Shown piece by piece: positions 36,740 to 49,267 of a stretch of 64,000 bases of DNA. The position numbers were made by a program, and so were the translations under genes. Each line of letters starts with the position of its first letter. Position 1 is the first letter of the stretch. This stretch comes from Octopus bimaculoides (taxonomy: Eukaryota), in NCBI RefSeq assembly GCF_001194135.2, contig NC_068988.1, forward strand, positions 57,739,300-57,803,299, in the 5' to 3' direction. Below the pieces are notes generated by a model. The model was not told where the DNA came from, ran no database searches, and was given only the letters and a program-made list of their open reading frames with translations.

Positions 36740-37180
36740 AAGATGGCAAGTTGGTAGAACTGTTAGTACACCAAATAAAATGCTTTCGGTATTTCATTAG
36801 TCTTTACATTCTTTATTCAAATTCCACCGAGGTTGACTTTGCCTTTCATCCTTTTGTAGGATCGATAAAATAAGTACCAGCCAAACACTGGGGCCAATGA
36901 AATTAACTTAACCACACCCCCGAAATTGCTGGCCTTGTGCCAAAATTTGAAACCATTATTATTATTATTATACTGTTGGCAGAATCATTTCTGTGCTTAG
37001 CAGCATTTCATCTGTCTTTGCTCTGAGTTCAAATACCGCCGAGGTCGACTTTACTTTTCATCCTTTCGGGGTTTGATAAAACAAGTACCAGATGACCACT
37101 GGGGTTAATGAAATCGATTAGTCCCCTCCTGCAAAATTTCAGACCTTATGCCTCTGGTAGAAAGGCTTATTATAATTACT
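36740..37180 (+). mobile_element. Two tandem SINE-C copies
   Basis: C bodies at about 36740-36965 and 36975-37180, separated by an (ATT)n tail. Confidence 0.8.
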
Positions 37181-37348
37181 GTTGTTGTTGTTATTGTTGT
37201 ATATGTTCTCACAAATTCACAAATTCAGTAACAGGTTTGTTTCTCTCTCTCTCCCTCTCTTTATCACATTCTCTCTCTCTTTTTCTCTTTCATTCTTTTC
37301 TATATCTTTCTCTTGCTTTCATTCTATCTCTAATTTACACACACACAT

Positions 37349-37395
<47 letters not shown>

Positions 37396-37592
37396 GGCAC
37401 ACACATTCATATACATACGCATACACATACATATATGCTACAACAGTTTTGTTATCTTTCAATTCTCCTTCACTTATCAATTAGTTTCTAAAACTTTCCA
37501 TTTCTAAAATATTTGTTTAAGATTTTACATAATCGTAAAATATCAGCTATCACCCATTGAAATTATATACACACCCTTTCAGTGTATACATC

Positions 37593-37641
<49 letters not shown>

Positions 37642-38374
37642 ATGCACGTGTGCATACGTGTCTGTTTGTTTATATTTATGTGCAAATATCAATATGTATG
37701 TGTGTCTACACATGTTTGAGTAAATGTGTATCAATATGTATGTACATATGTATCCGTGTGTGTGTGTGTGTGTGTGTGCGTGTGTCTATGTGTGCATGTC
37801 TGTGTATATTTATGTGCATGTATCAATATGTATGTACATATGCATGTGGGTGAATGTGTTTGTGTCCATGTTTGTGTATATGTGTGCGTGCATGAATATG
37901 AGTGCATCTGCATATGTCTGTGTATATATGTATATGTGTGTGTATGTGTCCCAAATATGTATGCTAGAGATGAATATAATATTTATTTATCAAAAGGCTC
38001 TTAGGGATCCCAGAGTCCTTAATCTGATACTTCTCCCTTACTTAACTATGTCAAATAAGTTATATCTCAATTTGGGAGGTCCTGCTTGTATCACATCATT
38101 ATAAATACATACAACATAAACCAATGATCAAGCAAGCAGCTATGCGGTCTCGCAACGTACAAGACATAATAGTCAAATTTCCATCAAGTGACATTCTACC
38201 TTCTTTGGCAGAATCATTAAAATGTTGTCAAACAAAATGCCTGTTAATATTTGGTTTCAGCCGTTTGAATACTAAGTTTAAAAGCAACCAAGGTCAACTT
38301 TGTGCCCTTAATTCTTCCAGGCTGATAAATTAAAATACCAGTCAAAATTGATATATATTCCTTGATCGTTACCA

Positions 38375-38705
38375 GAGTCGCCTTCCTGGCACTTGTGCTG
38401 GTGGCACGTGAAAAGACATTCGAGCGAGGTCGTTGCCAGTGCTGCTGGACTACCTCCTATGCAGGTGGCACATAAAATACACCATTTTGAGCGTGGCCGT
38501 TGCCAGTACCGCCTGACTGGCCTTTGTGCTGGTGGCACGTAAAAAGCACCCACTACACTCTCGGAGTGGTTGGCATTAGGAAGGGCATCCAGCTGTAGAA
38601 ACTCTGCCAAATCAGATTGGATCCTGGTATAGCCATCAGATCATCCAGCCCATGCTAGCATGGAAAGAGGACGTTAAACAATGATGATGATGATGATGAT
38701 GATGA
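38375..38705 (+). mobile_element. SINE-A, 5'-truncated, (GAT)n tail
   Basis: Three modules plus tail; internal ~45-bp deletion relative to 57120-57180. Confidence 0.9.
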
Positions 38706-39228
38706 TAAATACTTCCTAGACACTACTGGAATTATAAGAGACGAAACATTGGATACTGTAATCTTGAATACAACATCATCATCATCATCATCTTCAGCAG
38801 CAGCAACAACAACGATAGTATCATGGAATCGTTTTATACCTGCTTTTCCATGCTGGTATGGGTTGAACATTCTTTCTGAAGTGGTGTTTTACAGCCAGAT
38901 GCCCTTCTTGTTGCCAACCCTAACAACTCAGAGGGATGTGGTGTACATATTCTAAAACCAGAAGACAACTGGTAAAATGTCATCATGGATAAGTTGTATG
39001 AAAATAAGACAGGTGGTCATGGATGGCTGTTTGATCAGGGCTGGCCCAGGGTTCAACAGCCATAATGTATACACACTACTTTTGCACATCTATAAAAGTT
39101 CATCACTGATTGGAACAATCACTGGGAAGGTCCACTGCTAATCTTGTAACCTTGCTGACCCCTGACCTTGCTGACTAGGGATTAGCAAGGTCACAAGTTC
39201 ATAAAATCTCTCTCTCTCTCTCTTTCGT

Positions 39229-39265
<37 letters not shown>

Positions 39266-39279
39266 CATACACATATTCA

Positions 39280-39720
39280 TCATCATTTTAACCTTTATTT
39301 TTCCATGCTTGCATGGGTCAGAAGAAATTCAATGAGGTGGATTTTCTATGGCCAGATACCCTTCCTGTCACCAACCATCACTTGTTTTTAAGCAAGGTAA
39401 TAATTCTCCAAGAGCACAAATGGATGATATGTCTTCATGGAAGACTGCAAGTAAATGATACCACTAGTATGACAAGTGGCAATTGTTTACAATTAACATG
39501 AGATGTTAAAATGGTGGAGGTAGTGATAACAATGATGATGATGACAGGCTTCTGCACAGTTTCCGTCTTCCGAATTTCACTAACAAGCAAAGGTACCGGT
39601 CGACCTGAAGTCATAGCAGACAATACTTGTCCAAGGTGGTATATATTGTCATATACCTCCAAACTCGGAACATCATGATTGAGAAGCCAACTTCTTCATC
39701 ACACAGTAGTGACCAGACCA
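39280..39720 (-). mobile_element. SINE-E
   Basis: TTCCATGCTTGCATGGGTCAG...CCCTTCCTGTCACCAACC...AAGCAAGGTAAT body followed by B-type head CAGTTTCCGTC. Confidence 0.6.
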
Positions 39721-40059
39721 ATATTTTTGTTCTTCATATTAATGTTGTTGCTTCAGATCCTGGTTTTTCAAAAGATTCCAAGAAAACAAAGGAATCACAT
39801 AAGTTAATTTTTGATATCCCTGTGGAGTTGCAATATTGACTTTGATCTAACTAAGGATAAGAAACGGTCCATTGTTTTCAAGAACAGACAATAAATGCCT
39901 GATCATCTTACTGATATATCTATCCATTTGGGAGATATATTTATTTACACTTGTGGTCAAAAAAAATATTATTATGAGATTTATGAAAGATGGTTTAATA
40001 TGTTTATCATATTAATGCATTTATAACATTGATTGATATCATCACCATCATCATCATCA

Positions 40060-40340
40060 TTGTCTTTGTCAACAACATTTAATATTGACTTCCCGATGCT
40101 TGCATGGGCCAGATGGAATTTGTTGAGGCAGATTTTTTTTTTTTTTTATGGCTGAATGCCCTTCCTGTGGCCAACCCTAAATTATTTCCAAGCAAGGAAA
40201 TATTTTCCCATAGCTACATCTATTTTTCATGGAAGATTGGAAAGGAACAATCTCACTTCTATCACAATGATGCTCATTTAAAACTATCACATGACGTCTA
40301 GACTAGGATACACAACACACAAACACAGATGCACACGCAT
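40060..40340 (-). mobile_element. SINE-E 3' half
   Basis: Same body as 39280-39500. Confidence 0.55.
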
Positions 40341-40435
40341 ACATTACACACATATATACACATGCACACAAGTGTTCTACACTCATATACATACTGTCCA
40401 TAATTCTTTTACACACCCTGTACTACCAAATAATA

Positions 40436-40682
40436 TTGAGGTGAGTTAAAAGTTTTGCAATATTTGCATATGTACTACTTTGTGGCATGTATATCACATG
40501 ACCAAAACAATTTGAGCTGTAGAAGGTACCTGCTGAGCTTGGTAGTATCGGGGTAGTTGGTGTGCTGATATGCAGTGTACTACTTCACTCCATATGTCAT
40601 TCGAAAGCCACTCAGATGAATGTGCAATGTCATCTAATTCAGGAACTTATCCTTTATGAGTTCAAATTGGGCCATTACACTC
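40436..40682 (+). mobile_element. Mariner 5' end fragment
   Basis: TA-TTGAGGTGAGTTAAAAGTTTTGC terminus; ATG at 40616 gives MNVQCHLIQELILYEFKLGHYT (LYEF.LGH is a mariner N-terminal motif). Confidence 0.6.
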
Positions 40683-40732
40683 TGGTAATAATTACTGGTA
40701 TTATTACTATAACTATACGTTATATTCACAAC

Positions 40733-42185
40733 TGTTAATATCACTGCATCCAGTTGAAAACGAGGCTTTGGAATGAAAACGAGGCTTTGGAAAGAAAACG
40801 AGGCTTTGGAATGAAAACGAGGCTTTGGAAAGAAAACGAGGCTTTGGATCGAAAACGAGGCTCTGGATTGAAAACGAGGCTCTGGATCAAAAACGAAGCT
40901 CTGTATTGAAAACTAGGCTCTGGAATGAAAACGAGGCTCTGGATTGAAAACGAGGCTCTGGATTGAAAACGAGGCTCTGGATTGAAAACGAGGCCCTGGA
41001 TCGAAAACGAGGCTCNNNNNNNNNNNNNNNNNNNNNNNNNNNNNNNNNNNNNNNNNNNNNNNNNNNNNNNNNNNNNNNNNNNNNNNNNNNNNNNNNNNNN
41101 NNNNNNNNNNNNNNNNNNNNNNNNNNNNNNNNNNNNNNNNNNNNNNNNNNNNNNNNNNNNNNNNNNNNNNNNNNNNNNNNNNNNNNNNNNNNNNNNNNNN
41201 NNNNNNNNNNNNNNNNNNNNNNNNNNNNNNNNNNNNNNNNNNNNNNNNNNNNNNNNNNNNNNNNNNNNNNNNNNNNNNNNNNNNNNNNNNNNNNNNNNNN
41301 NNNNNNNNNNNNNNNNNNNNNNNNNNNNNNNNNNNNNNNNNNNNNNNNNNNNNNNNNNNNNNNNNNNNNNNNNNNNNNNNNNNNNNNNNNNNNNNNNNNN
41401 NNNNNNNNNNNNNNNNNNNNNNNNNNNNNNNNNNNNNNNNNNNNNNNNNNNNNNNNNNNNNNNNNNNNNNNNNNNNNNNNNNNNNNNNNNNNNNNNNNNN
41501 NNNNNNNNNNNNNNNNNNNNNNNNNNNNNNNNNNNNNNNNNNNNNNNNNNNNNNNNNNNNNNNNNNNNNNNNNNNNNNNNNNNNNNNNNNNNNNNNNNNN
41601 NNNNNNNNNNNNNNNNNNNNNNNNNNNNNNNNNNNNNNNNNNNNNNNNNNNNNNNNNNNNNNNNNNNNNNNNNNNNNNNNNNNNNNNNNNNNNNNNNNNN
41701 NNNNNNNNNNNNNNNNNNNNNNNNNNATACGAGGTTCTGGAATGAAAACGAGGCTCTGGATCGAAAACGAGGCTCTGGGTCGAAAACGAGGCTCTGGAAT
41801 GAAAACGAGCTTCTGGATTGAAAACGAGGCTCTGGATTGAAAACGAGGCTCTGGAATGAAAACGAGGCTCTGGAATGAAAACGAGGCTCTGGATCGAAAA
41901 CGAGGCTCTGGATCGAAAACGAGGCTCTGAAATGAAAACGAGGCTCTGGAATGAAACGAGGCTCTGGAATGAAAACGAGTCTCTGGATTGAAAACGAGGC
42001 TTTGGAATGAAAACGAGGCTTTAGAATGATATTTAAAAATGGATGTTTGTTGTCCAACTAGGTTGATGACTAAAGCTACTGCCGATGGATACTGTACCCT
42101 TGTTCTTAGAAGAGTAAAGCCTATTTTGGTCCAATCTTTTTCAGCCTCCTGTATTACCGAAATTGAGAATTACTAAACTACTACA
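40733..42185 (+). mobile_element. Putative gypsy LTR containing the 19-bp satellite
   Basis: TGTTAATAT start, AGTAAAGCC poly(A)-like signal, ...ACTACTACA end 15 bp before gag. No second LTR in the window to confirm. Confidence 0.4.
40756..42027 (+). repeat. 19-bp minisatellite GAAAACGAGGCT(C/T)TGGA(A/T)(T/C/A)
   Basis: About 14 units left and 16 units right of a 711-N gap (41016-41726). Confidence 0.95.
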
Positions 42186-42199
42186 ATTTCCTCTTCTAA

Positions 42200-42653
42200 A
42201 TAGACAAAGCACTGGAGTGTTTCAACGTCGACCTGGTCTCACCTACTGCCAGAAAACGGCATTGTACTTTTAATTTTACCAACTACCTTGAGTTGCTTAG
42301 TGCGGTGGATGAGGATAAATTTCACCTGCTCACCAATCACACCAGCCCCCACATGTTTGAATATATCATGGACTGCAACACATACAACAGAGCCCTTGAC
42401 ATTCTTATCTCACTATATGTGAAACCAAAGAATGTAGTGTATGCATGACACCTGATATACACTTACAAAGCAGGAGTATGGACAAAGTTTAGATCAATAC
42501 CTCCAGAAGCTCAAACGTTTGGTGAAAGACAGTGGATACAAAGCTGTTTCGACTACTAAACATCTCAATGAAGCTGTAAGAAATGGCATGCATTCTAGTA
42601 GCATATGCTGGCGGTTGTTGGAGCAAGACTATTTAGATCTTGACTGGGCCTTC
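42200..42653 (+). pseudogene. Ty3/gypsy gag remnant
   Basis: (M)DKALECFNVDLVSPTA...FTNYL...LLTNH / FEYIMDCNTYNRALDILISLYVKPKNVVYA*HL / KQEYGQSLDQYLQKLKRLVKDSGYKAVS...WRLLEQDYLDL follows the gypsy gag pattern LYVKPKN.IFARH.L....Q..GESLD.YLQ.LK.L.KDC.F.AV. Confidence 0.8.
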
Positions 42654-43513
42654 ATTCTTTCAAGGGGTCAATACAATAAAGTATTGATTAAATGCTAGTA
42701 GTGGTAGGAAGAGATATAAGTAACTATCCCCCTTGCGACTTCAATATTGTAATGGTGTAATCCAAATTTGAACCACCACCACTACTGCAAGAGTAGATGC
42801 TGAACTTTTACAATATCTCAATGCTTCAAGCATGAGATAAGAGTACTTCTCAAAGGTCAGTAACTGTATGTTGAACACATATACGCATAAACGCACACAC
42901 ACACACACACACACACACATATGCACATGCACAGAGGCATGTAAACACACATATGCACACATGTGCTTGCACACACATGTGCATGCATACACACAAGCAC
43001 AGGCACACACACACACACACAAGCACACACACACACACACACAAGCACACATTCACAGAAACATAGGCACAGCCACACATGCAAACTCAAAGCTATACTC
43101 ACACACACACACACAAACATACATATTCATACACACTCACAGCCACAGGCATGCATGCATGCATATGTTCACATACACACACTTACACAAAGAGGCATGT
43201 AAACACACACATACACACAAACACACACATACACACAAACACACACATGTGCATGAACACACATGCATAGGCACTGACACACACACACACATACACACAC
43301 ACACATACACACACACACATACACACACACAGAGGCACACACACACACACACACAGAGGCACACATTCACCCATTCACAGAAATATATGCTCAGCCACAC
43401 ACAAACTCAAAGGTATACACACACACACACAAACACACATTCACACACCTCTCATAGCCACAAGCATCACATACAGGCTCACGTGCACACACACACATAC
43501 ACACACACACACA

Positions 43514-43551
<38 letters not shown>

Positions 43552-44464
43552 GCTACAAGCATGCATGTGCAGAAAAATTACACATACAGGGACATTAACA
43601 CACACACATACACACACATACACAGCCACATGGGCACAAATTCACACACACACCCACCTACATGTACACACATCACACATACACAGAAACATGCAAACAA
43701 ACGTACAGCTATACATACAGACACACACACATTCATGCACACATACTCACAGCCACAAGCAAGCTTGTGTCTGTTCGCACACACATACACATACACATTT
43801 ACAGCTACTCGCATGCATGTGTGCAAACACACAAACACACACACACACATACACACAACTACATGAGCATAAATTCACACGCACTTACACACACACACAT
43901 ATGCTCACACATACACAGAAACATACACAGAAATACACACACAGCCATAGATATACATACAGATGCACACAGACGCACATACACACACTCAAAGCCACAA
44001 GCATGCATGTGTCTGTTCACACACATATGCACACATACACACATGCACACACATGCTTGTGACTGTGAGTGTGTATGTGTGTTTGTGTAGATGGTGTGTG
44101 GATGTGTGTGTGTGTATGTGTGTAGATGGTATCTGTATGTTTGTAGTGTGTGTATGTATGTTTGTAGTGTGCGTATGTGTGTACAGCCACAAGCATGCAT
44201 GTATGCAAATACACACGCATGCACACACATATACACACACATACACACACACATCATACACAGCCATTCACATACACATACACCACACATAGCCACACAC
44301 ATACAGACACACACACACACAGCCACTCACATAGCTACAAACACAGCCACACATACATCCAGTCTACACACTCACTCTACTCACACAGTTACATACACAC
44401 AAATACACACACACACACACACACACACACAACTACACACACAGACATGGTAATTAGGTCATCC

Positions 44465-44630
44465 ATCCACAGGTTCCAATGATGGATATTCCAGTCTTTC
44501 ATGGTGTTAAGTGGTTGAGTATTTCCACAGATACCCTTAATACCCGTAATACAATCCCCAGTCACACTCAGTGTGACACTGTGTATTTGACAAGAGTGAT
44601 CACCTTTTGAAATACAGGCACTCCATTCAA
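44465..44630 (-). mobile_element. SINE-G 3' body
   Basis: Reverse complement of 32330-32480. Confidence 0.6.
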
Positions 44631-44831
44631 TGACCATCCATACAGCATATGTACCTCTCATCTTTTGCTTGTTTCAGTCATTGGACTGCTGCCATACTGG
44701 GGCACCGCTCGCTTTGTTACTTTGAAGGATTTAGTTAGAGAAATCAAACCCAGTACTTAATAGTGTTCTATATTTAAGAGATGAGGAATTATGTACATTA
44801 TTTACATTATTTACAGGCTTTTGTTCTACAG

Positions 44832-44975
44832 GTACGACTCATTTTTGCCAGCTGAGTGGAATGGAGTAATGTGAAATAAAGTGTCTTGCTCAAGCATACA
44901 GTGTGCCACTGGGAACTGAACTCTCAGCCTTGTGATTGCAAGCCAAATACCCTAACCACTAAGCTATATGCCTTC
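44832..44975 (-). mobile_element. D/F/G-type SINE head plus central domain
   Basis: CAGCTGAGTGGAATGGAG...AAATAAAGTGTCTTGCTCAAG...CCCTAACCACTAAGCTATATGCC. Confidence 0.7.
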
Positions 44976-45412
44976 ACTGGATAGCTTCTTTTTTTTTTAA
45001 AGCATTCACTCATTAAAAGGTCCTTAAACCACTAAAAATGTAAAAGCTACTAAAAGCTACTAAATTGGACGCTTAGACGCTTGGAGGGTGACTTTCTAGG
45101 TGTAATCCCATGGTCATTCATAACTTAAGGGGATCTTTTACCCTAGCCTTTAACAAAATACACAAACTCTACTTGGCACATTGAGTACCTCCTTTTTAAC
45201 CTTCACAAGAAACCCACCCCTGGAGTTCATGCCTCTCCACTTCTCACTCTCTCTGAGGCATCCTGGTTTAGCTTAAGTAAGCCTTGGTTAAGCAAAGCCA
45301 TTCCAGCCATGAGGGAAGAAGTTGAAGCAGTATCCATAATCATTATAATCCTACATCTCAAACGGGTAAGGTTAATCCAACTGGTACCCAGCCTAGACAT
45401 TTAAGGTTTGTG

Positions 45413-45660
45413 GAGGCACTTGGCTTAGTGGTCAGGGTGTTGGATGCATAATCGTAAGACTATGGTTTCAATTCCTGGACCAGGTGACACATTGTGTTCT
45501 TGAGCAAAACACTTCATTTCTCATTGTTCCAACCCACTCAGCTGGCAAAAATGAATAATCCTGCGATGAGCCAGCATTCTGTCCAGGTGGGGAATTTAGA
45601 CGCCATAGAAACCAGGAAACTGGCCCTTATGAGTTGGCACGACTTGAGAAGAAAGGAAGG
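45413..45660 (+). mobile_element. tRNA-headed SINE family F
   Basis: GGAGGCACTTGGCTTAGTGGTCAGG head, shared central domain, distinct 3' body ...GAAACCAGGAAACTGGCCCTTATGAG. Confidence 0.75.
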
Positions 45661-45958
45661 TAACCATCTGTGGTTTAATCTGACTGGGAAAAAGGAAAGT
45701 AGAAGGGTCTGGAGTAAATTTTAACTAAAGGTACTGAAAGGCCAGGTGGTACTGTTAAACATAGTGGAGAGTTAGGTCCTATAGCTGAGTCTAGTATGTA
45801 TGTGTGAAAGAAGCATGAGAAACAAACAAGATTTATCTGCATGATGGATTAAATGTACTTGGTGTGTATATTTGTGTGTGAACAAAGTGAAAGAGTATTT
45901 GGGGTGGGGTATGCACGTGTGTGTGTTTATTGATATTTCTTAGTGTATATGTATATCT

Positions 45959-45997
<39 letters not shown>

Positions 45998-46034
45998 TGA
46001 CAAGACGCACCAGTGTGTATTTTATGTGTCAGTG

Positions 46035-46076
<42 letters not shown>

Positions 46077-46361
46077 ACGTACATACACATGCACGCGCAT
46101 GCATATATATATATATATATATAGATATATACACACACACACTTACATGCACGCACACATACACACACACAGACACACACACGATATAAAATATATATAT
46201 ATAAAATGATGTAACATATATATATATATGCAAGTGCACATGTATATATGCAAGTATATATGTATAGGTGAATACGTATGTGCTTCAATGTATATGCGTG
46301 TGCATGTATATGTGAGTTACATATATGTGCATTTGTATATATAGATGTATTTATGTGCAAG

Positions 46362-46436
<75 letters not shown>

Positions 46437-47177
46437 ATGTGTGTGTGTGTGAATGTTTATTCGTTTTTATAAAACATCTCTGATGATGTTGTTATCTCCA
46501 TATTCACATGCATGTAAAGTAAACAAAGAGGGATCAAAAAAAAAGTACAAAACAAAACATAACAAAAAGCCTAATTTTATTGTCAGCATAAGTTTCTGTT
46601 TATCTAGCCTCAAAAATAAAAAATGGCTCATCCATCACACCAATTCCAAGACAGAGAAACAGAGAGCAGAACACAGAGAAAACGAGAAAGTATAGAATGA
46701 ATGCAAGGAAACTAAAGTGTTTTCCTGATCGGTTGTTTTCGTTGTTATTGTGTTTTTTTCCAAACCAGAATTGCAGTTCTTTTGAATGAAATGAGAAACC
46801 ATGACAGAATAGAAATGTTTTGATATTTTAAACTAACACCATTAACTAACCGGTGGTCTTAAATTTGCTCCTCTGGTTATTAGTCTAATATCATACTGTG
46901 CCAACAAATGACTTAGAGTTTTATTCCATTTATTCTAAACTTCCAGAAAATTCTTTCACATCTCTCAAGGTCAATACAGGGATTATATCTCTTATCATTT
47001 GTATTTTATATTTCATTTTTTTACTTTTTACGTGTTTTCAGTCATTGGACTGCAGCCATTCTAGGGCACCACCTTGAAAGGTTTTGCCAAATAAATCAGC
47101 CCCAGTGCTTATTTTCCTTTTCTTTTTCTTTTTTTTTACTTCAAACTGCTGAATTATTGGGACATAAACAAGCCAAT

Positions 47178-47216
<39 letters not shown>

Positions 47217-47448
47217 ACCTCGATTCAGTAACACCGTTTACAAGCTCTATATTTGGAATGACCAATTTTAAATACTGTTGGAACTTACTCACAAGGTATT
47301 GGAATCTTATATATATACCATTCTGCCTAAATAATGGAACTACAGATACAATATCCCTGCATGTCTCACATCTATTTTCATTCCTCCACTTCAGTCTCTA
47401 TTTCATATCTTCTCTAGAATAACAATTGCTTAACCATTTTCTCACACC

Positions 47449-47496
47449 GTCTCCGATGAATGGATATATAAAATATCCCAGAAATAGCTGTAAGAC
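47449..47496 (+). ncRNA. Minimal type-I hammerhead-ribozyme-like motif (Penelope type)
   Basis: Stem I GUCU / core CCGAUGA / stem II GGAUAU-loop-AUAUCC / GAAA / U-AGCU-G palindromic stem III / GUA triplet / stem I' AGAC. Confidence 0.55.
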
Positions 47497-47549
47497 CTTC
47501 TATTTATAAATGTTCTGAAATCTTTCACAGCCTTGGATCTTTATCTCAT

Positions 47550-47689
47550 TCTTTATAAACCTAGTATTTTATTCTATTGGCCTCGTTTGCCAAACCACTA
47601 AGTTATGGGGAAGTAAACACACCAGCATCGGATGTCAAGTGATGTTGGAGGGACAAACACAGACACACAAACATATACACACATACATA

Positions 47690-47769
<80 letters not shown>

Positions 47770-47931
47770 ACAGTCTTCTTTTAGTTTCCGTCTACCAAAT
47801 CCACTCACAAGGCTTTGGTTGGCCCAAGGCTACAGTAGAAGACACTTGCCCAAGGTTCCACACAGTGGGACTGAACCCAGAACCATGTGACTAGTAAGCA
47901 AGCTACTTACCACACAGCCACTCCTGCGCCT
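47550..47931 (-). mobile_element. SINE-B, internal (TG)(TA) expanded
   Basis: Complete head ending ...CACACAGCCACTCCTGCGCC. Confidence 0.9.
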
Positions 47932-47944
47932 ATAATTCAGATCC

Positions 47945-48100
47945 TTCTTTATGTTCTGAGTCCAAATTCCACCAAGGTTGACTTCGCCTTTCATCCTTTC
48001 AGCGTCAATAAAATAAGTACCAGTGGAGCACTGGGGTTGATGTAATCAACTTAACACCCCCCCCCCAAACTTACTGGCCTTGTGCCAAAATTTGAAATCA
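47945..48100 (+). mobile_element. SINE-C
   Basis: C body and tail TGGCCTTGTGCCAAAATTTGAAATC. Confidence 0.8.
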
Positions 48101-48416
48101 ATAGTTTACATTCTATTTATTTATATTATGAATTCAAACCCTGCTGTCATTAAGCTTTGCCTATCATTCTTTTGGGGTTCAATAATATAAAGTTCACCCT
48201 AACCAGTATATCATGCACATTCTCAATATGGTGTATTGCATGTATGATATAACAGTCATCTTAATGTTAACATCTTTGAAATAAGCATTAAGATAGCGTG
48301 GTCATATTTAAAATAGGGAGCATTAAATATGTTTACTAAAAATAATGATACTGTGAGGAAATAAACAATATTACACATTGCCTAGTATCATTTGAATTAT
48401 TTCAGCAAAAGACAAT

Positions 48417-48456
48417 TCTAGGCATGTTTCAGTCTTGTTAAGACCTCATCAGTGAA
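48417..48456 (-). ncRNA. Minimal hammerhead-ribozyme-like motif, cleavage triplet mutated
   Basis: Minus strand UUCA-CUGAUGA-GGUCUU-AAC-AAGACU-GAAA-CAU-GCC-UAGA: canonical core, 6-bp stem II, stem III ACAUG(C) one change from the palindrome ACAUGU, GUC to GCC. Confidence 0.55.
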
Positions 48457-48623
48457 GCATAGACGTCACTGTACTTCCCAAAGTAGAGATCAGAGAATCA
48501 CTAAGTAAATGCACAAGAATATATGTTACACTGGTTATCAGAGAAAGCTAGAATTGTTTCAAAAAACAATTGCTCAGCCATTCCATTATACTTGTTTGTT
48601 TTTGGTTTGTTCTCCCCCCCCCC

Positions 48624-48654
<31 letters not shown>

Positions 48655-49186
48655 CCTCTCTCTCTCTCTTTCTAATGATTATGTTGTATCCTGACAAAAC
48701 TGGCCTTGTTTCTGTAATCAAAATAAAACCTTATCTATATTATTTAAGAAATCATAAAACAAAACAACTCTGTTGGGGGAATATAAAAATCAGTTGTAAC
48801 AATATTTCCAAGGGTTAGACATTCTATTCATTTTCCATTCATACTCTAAATTCCTTGCAGCAGACACAGTTTTGACACAATTCCTTTGTGTTGATAGTTT
48901 CAACAACATAAACTGTATTAAGGGATCACATTGTCTATTTTATATCACATTTTGTGTACAATAACATTGTTCACAATGGGTTTCTGGCAGGACAAACACT
49001 AGATCACTGCATTCCTGAGGGTGAGAGTTAAAAGAGAAAGCCTGCATGTTGTGTGACTTGGGGACAATAAATACCACAAGGTATTTTGGTATGATAGCAC
49101 CAATTCTTTTTCCCAGTATCCTTGTCAATGCATATATATTTTACAAATATAAACATACACACACACACACATTCATATATACATGA

Positions 49187-49267
<81 letters not shown>

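Noticed and set aside
39758-39840. Plus-strand exon DPGFSKDSKKTKESHKLIFDIPVELQY* after TTGCTTCAG
   Set aside because: Weak donor, adjacent to a SINE head, no recognisable product. Similar reasoning applies to 24704-24756, 32973-33018 and 63178-63211.
40756-42027. CENP-B box in the satellite
   Set aside because: TTCG-NNNN-A is present in some units but the required CGGG is absent.
40741-42057. 438-aa minus-strand ORF and CRISPR-like look of the 19-bp array
   Set aside because: The ORF is the translated satellite plus N gap; units are contiguous with no unique spacers and there are no cas genes in a eukaryotic context.
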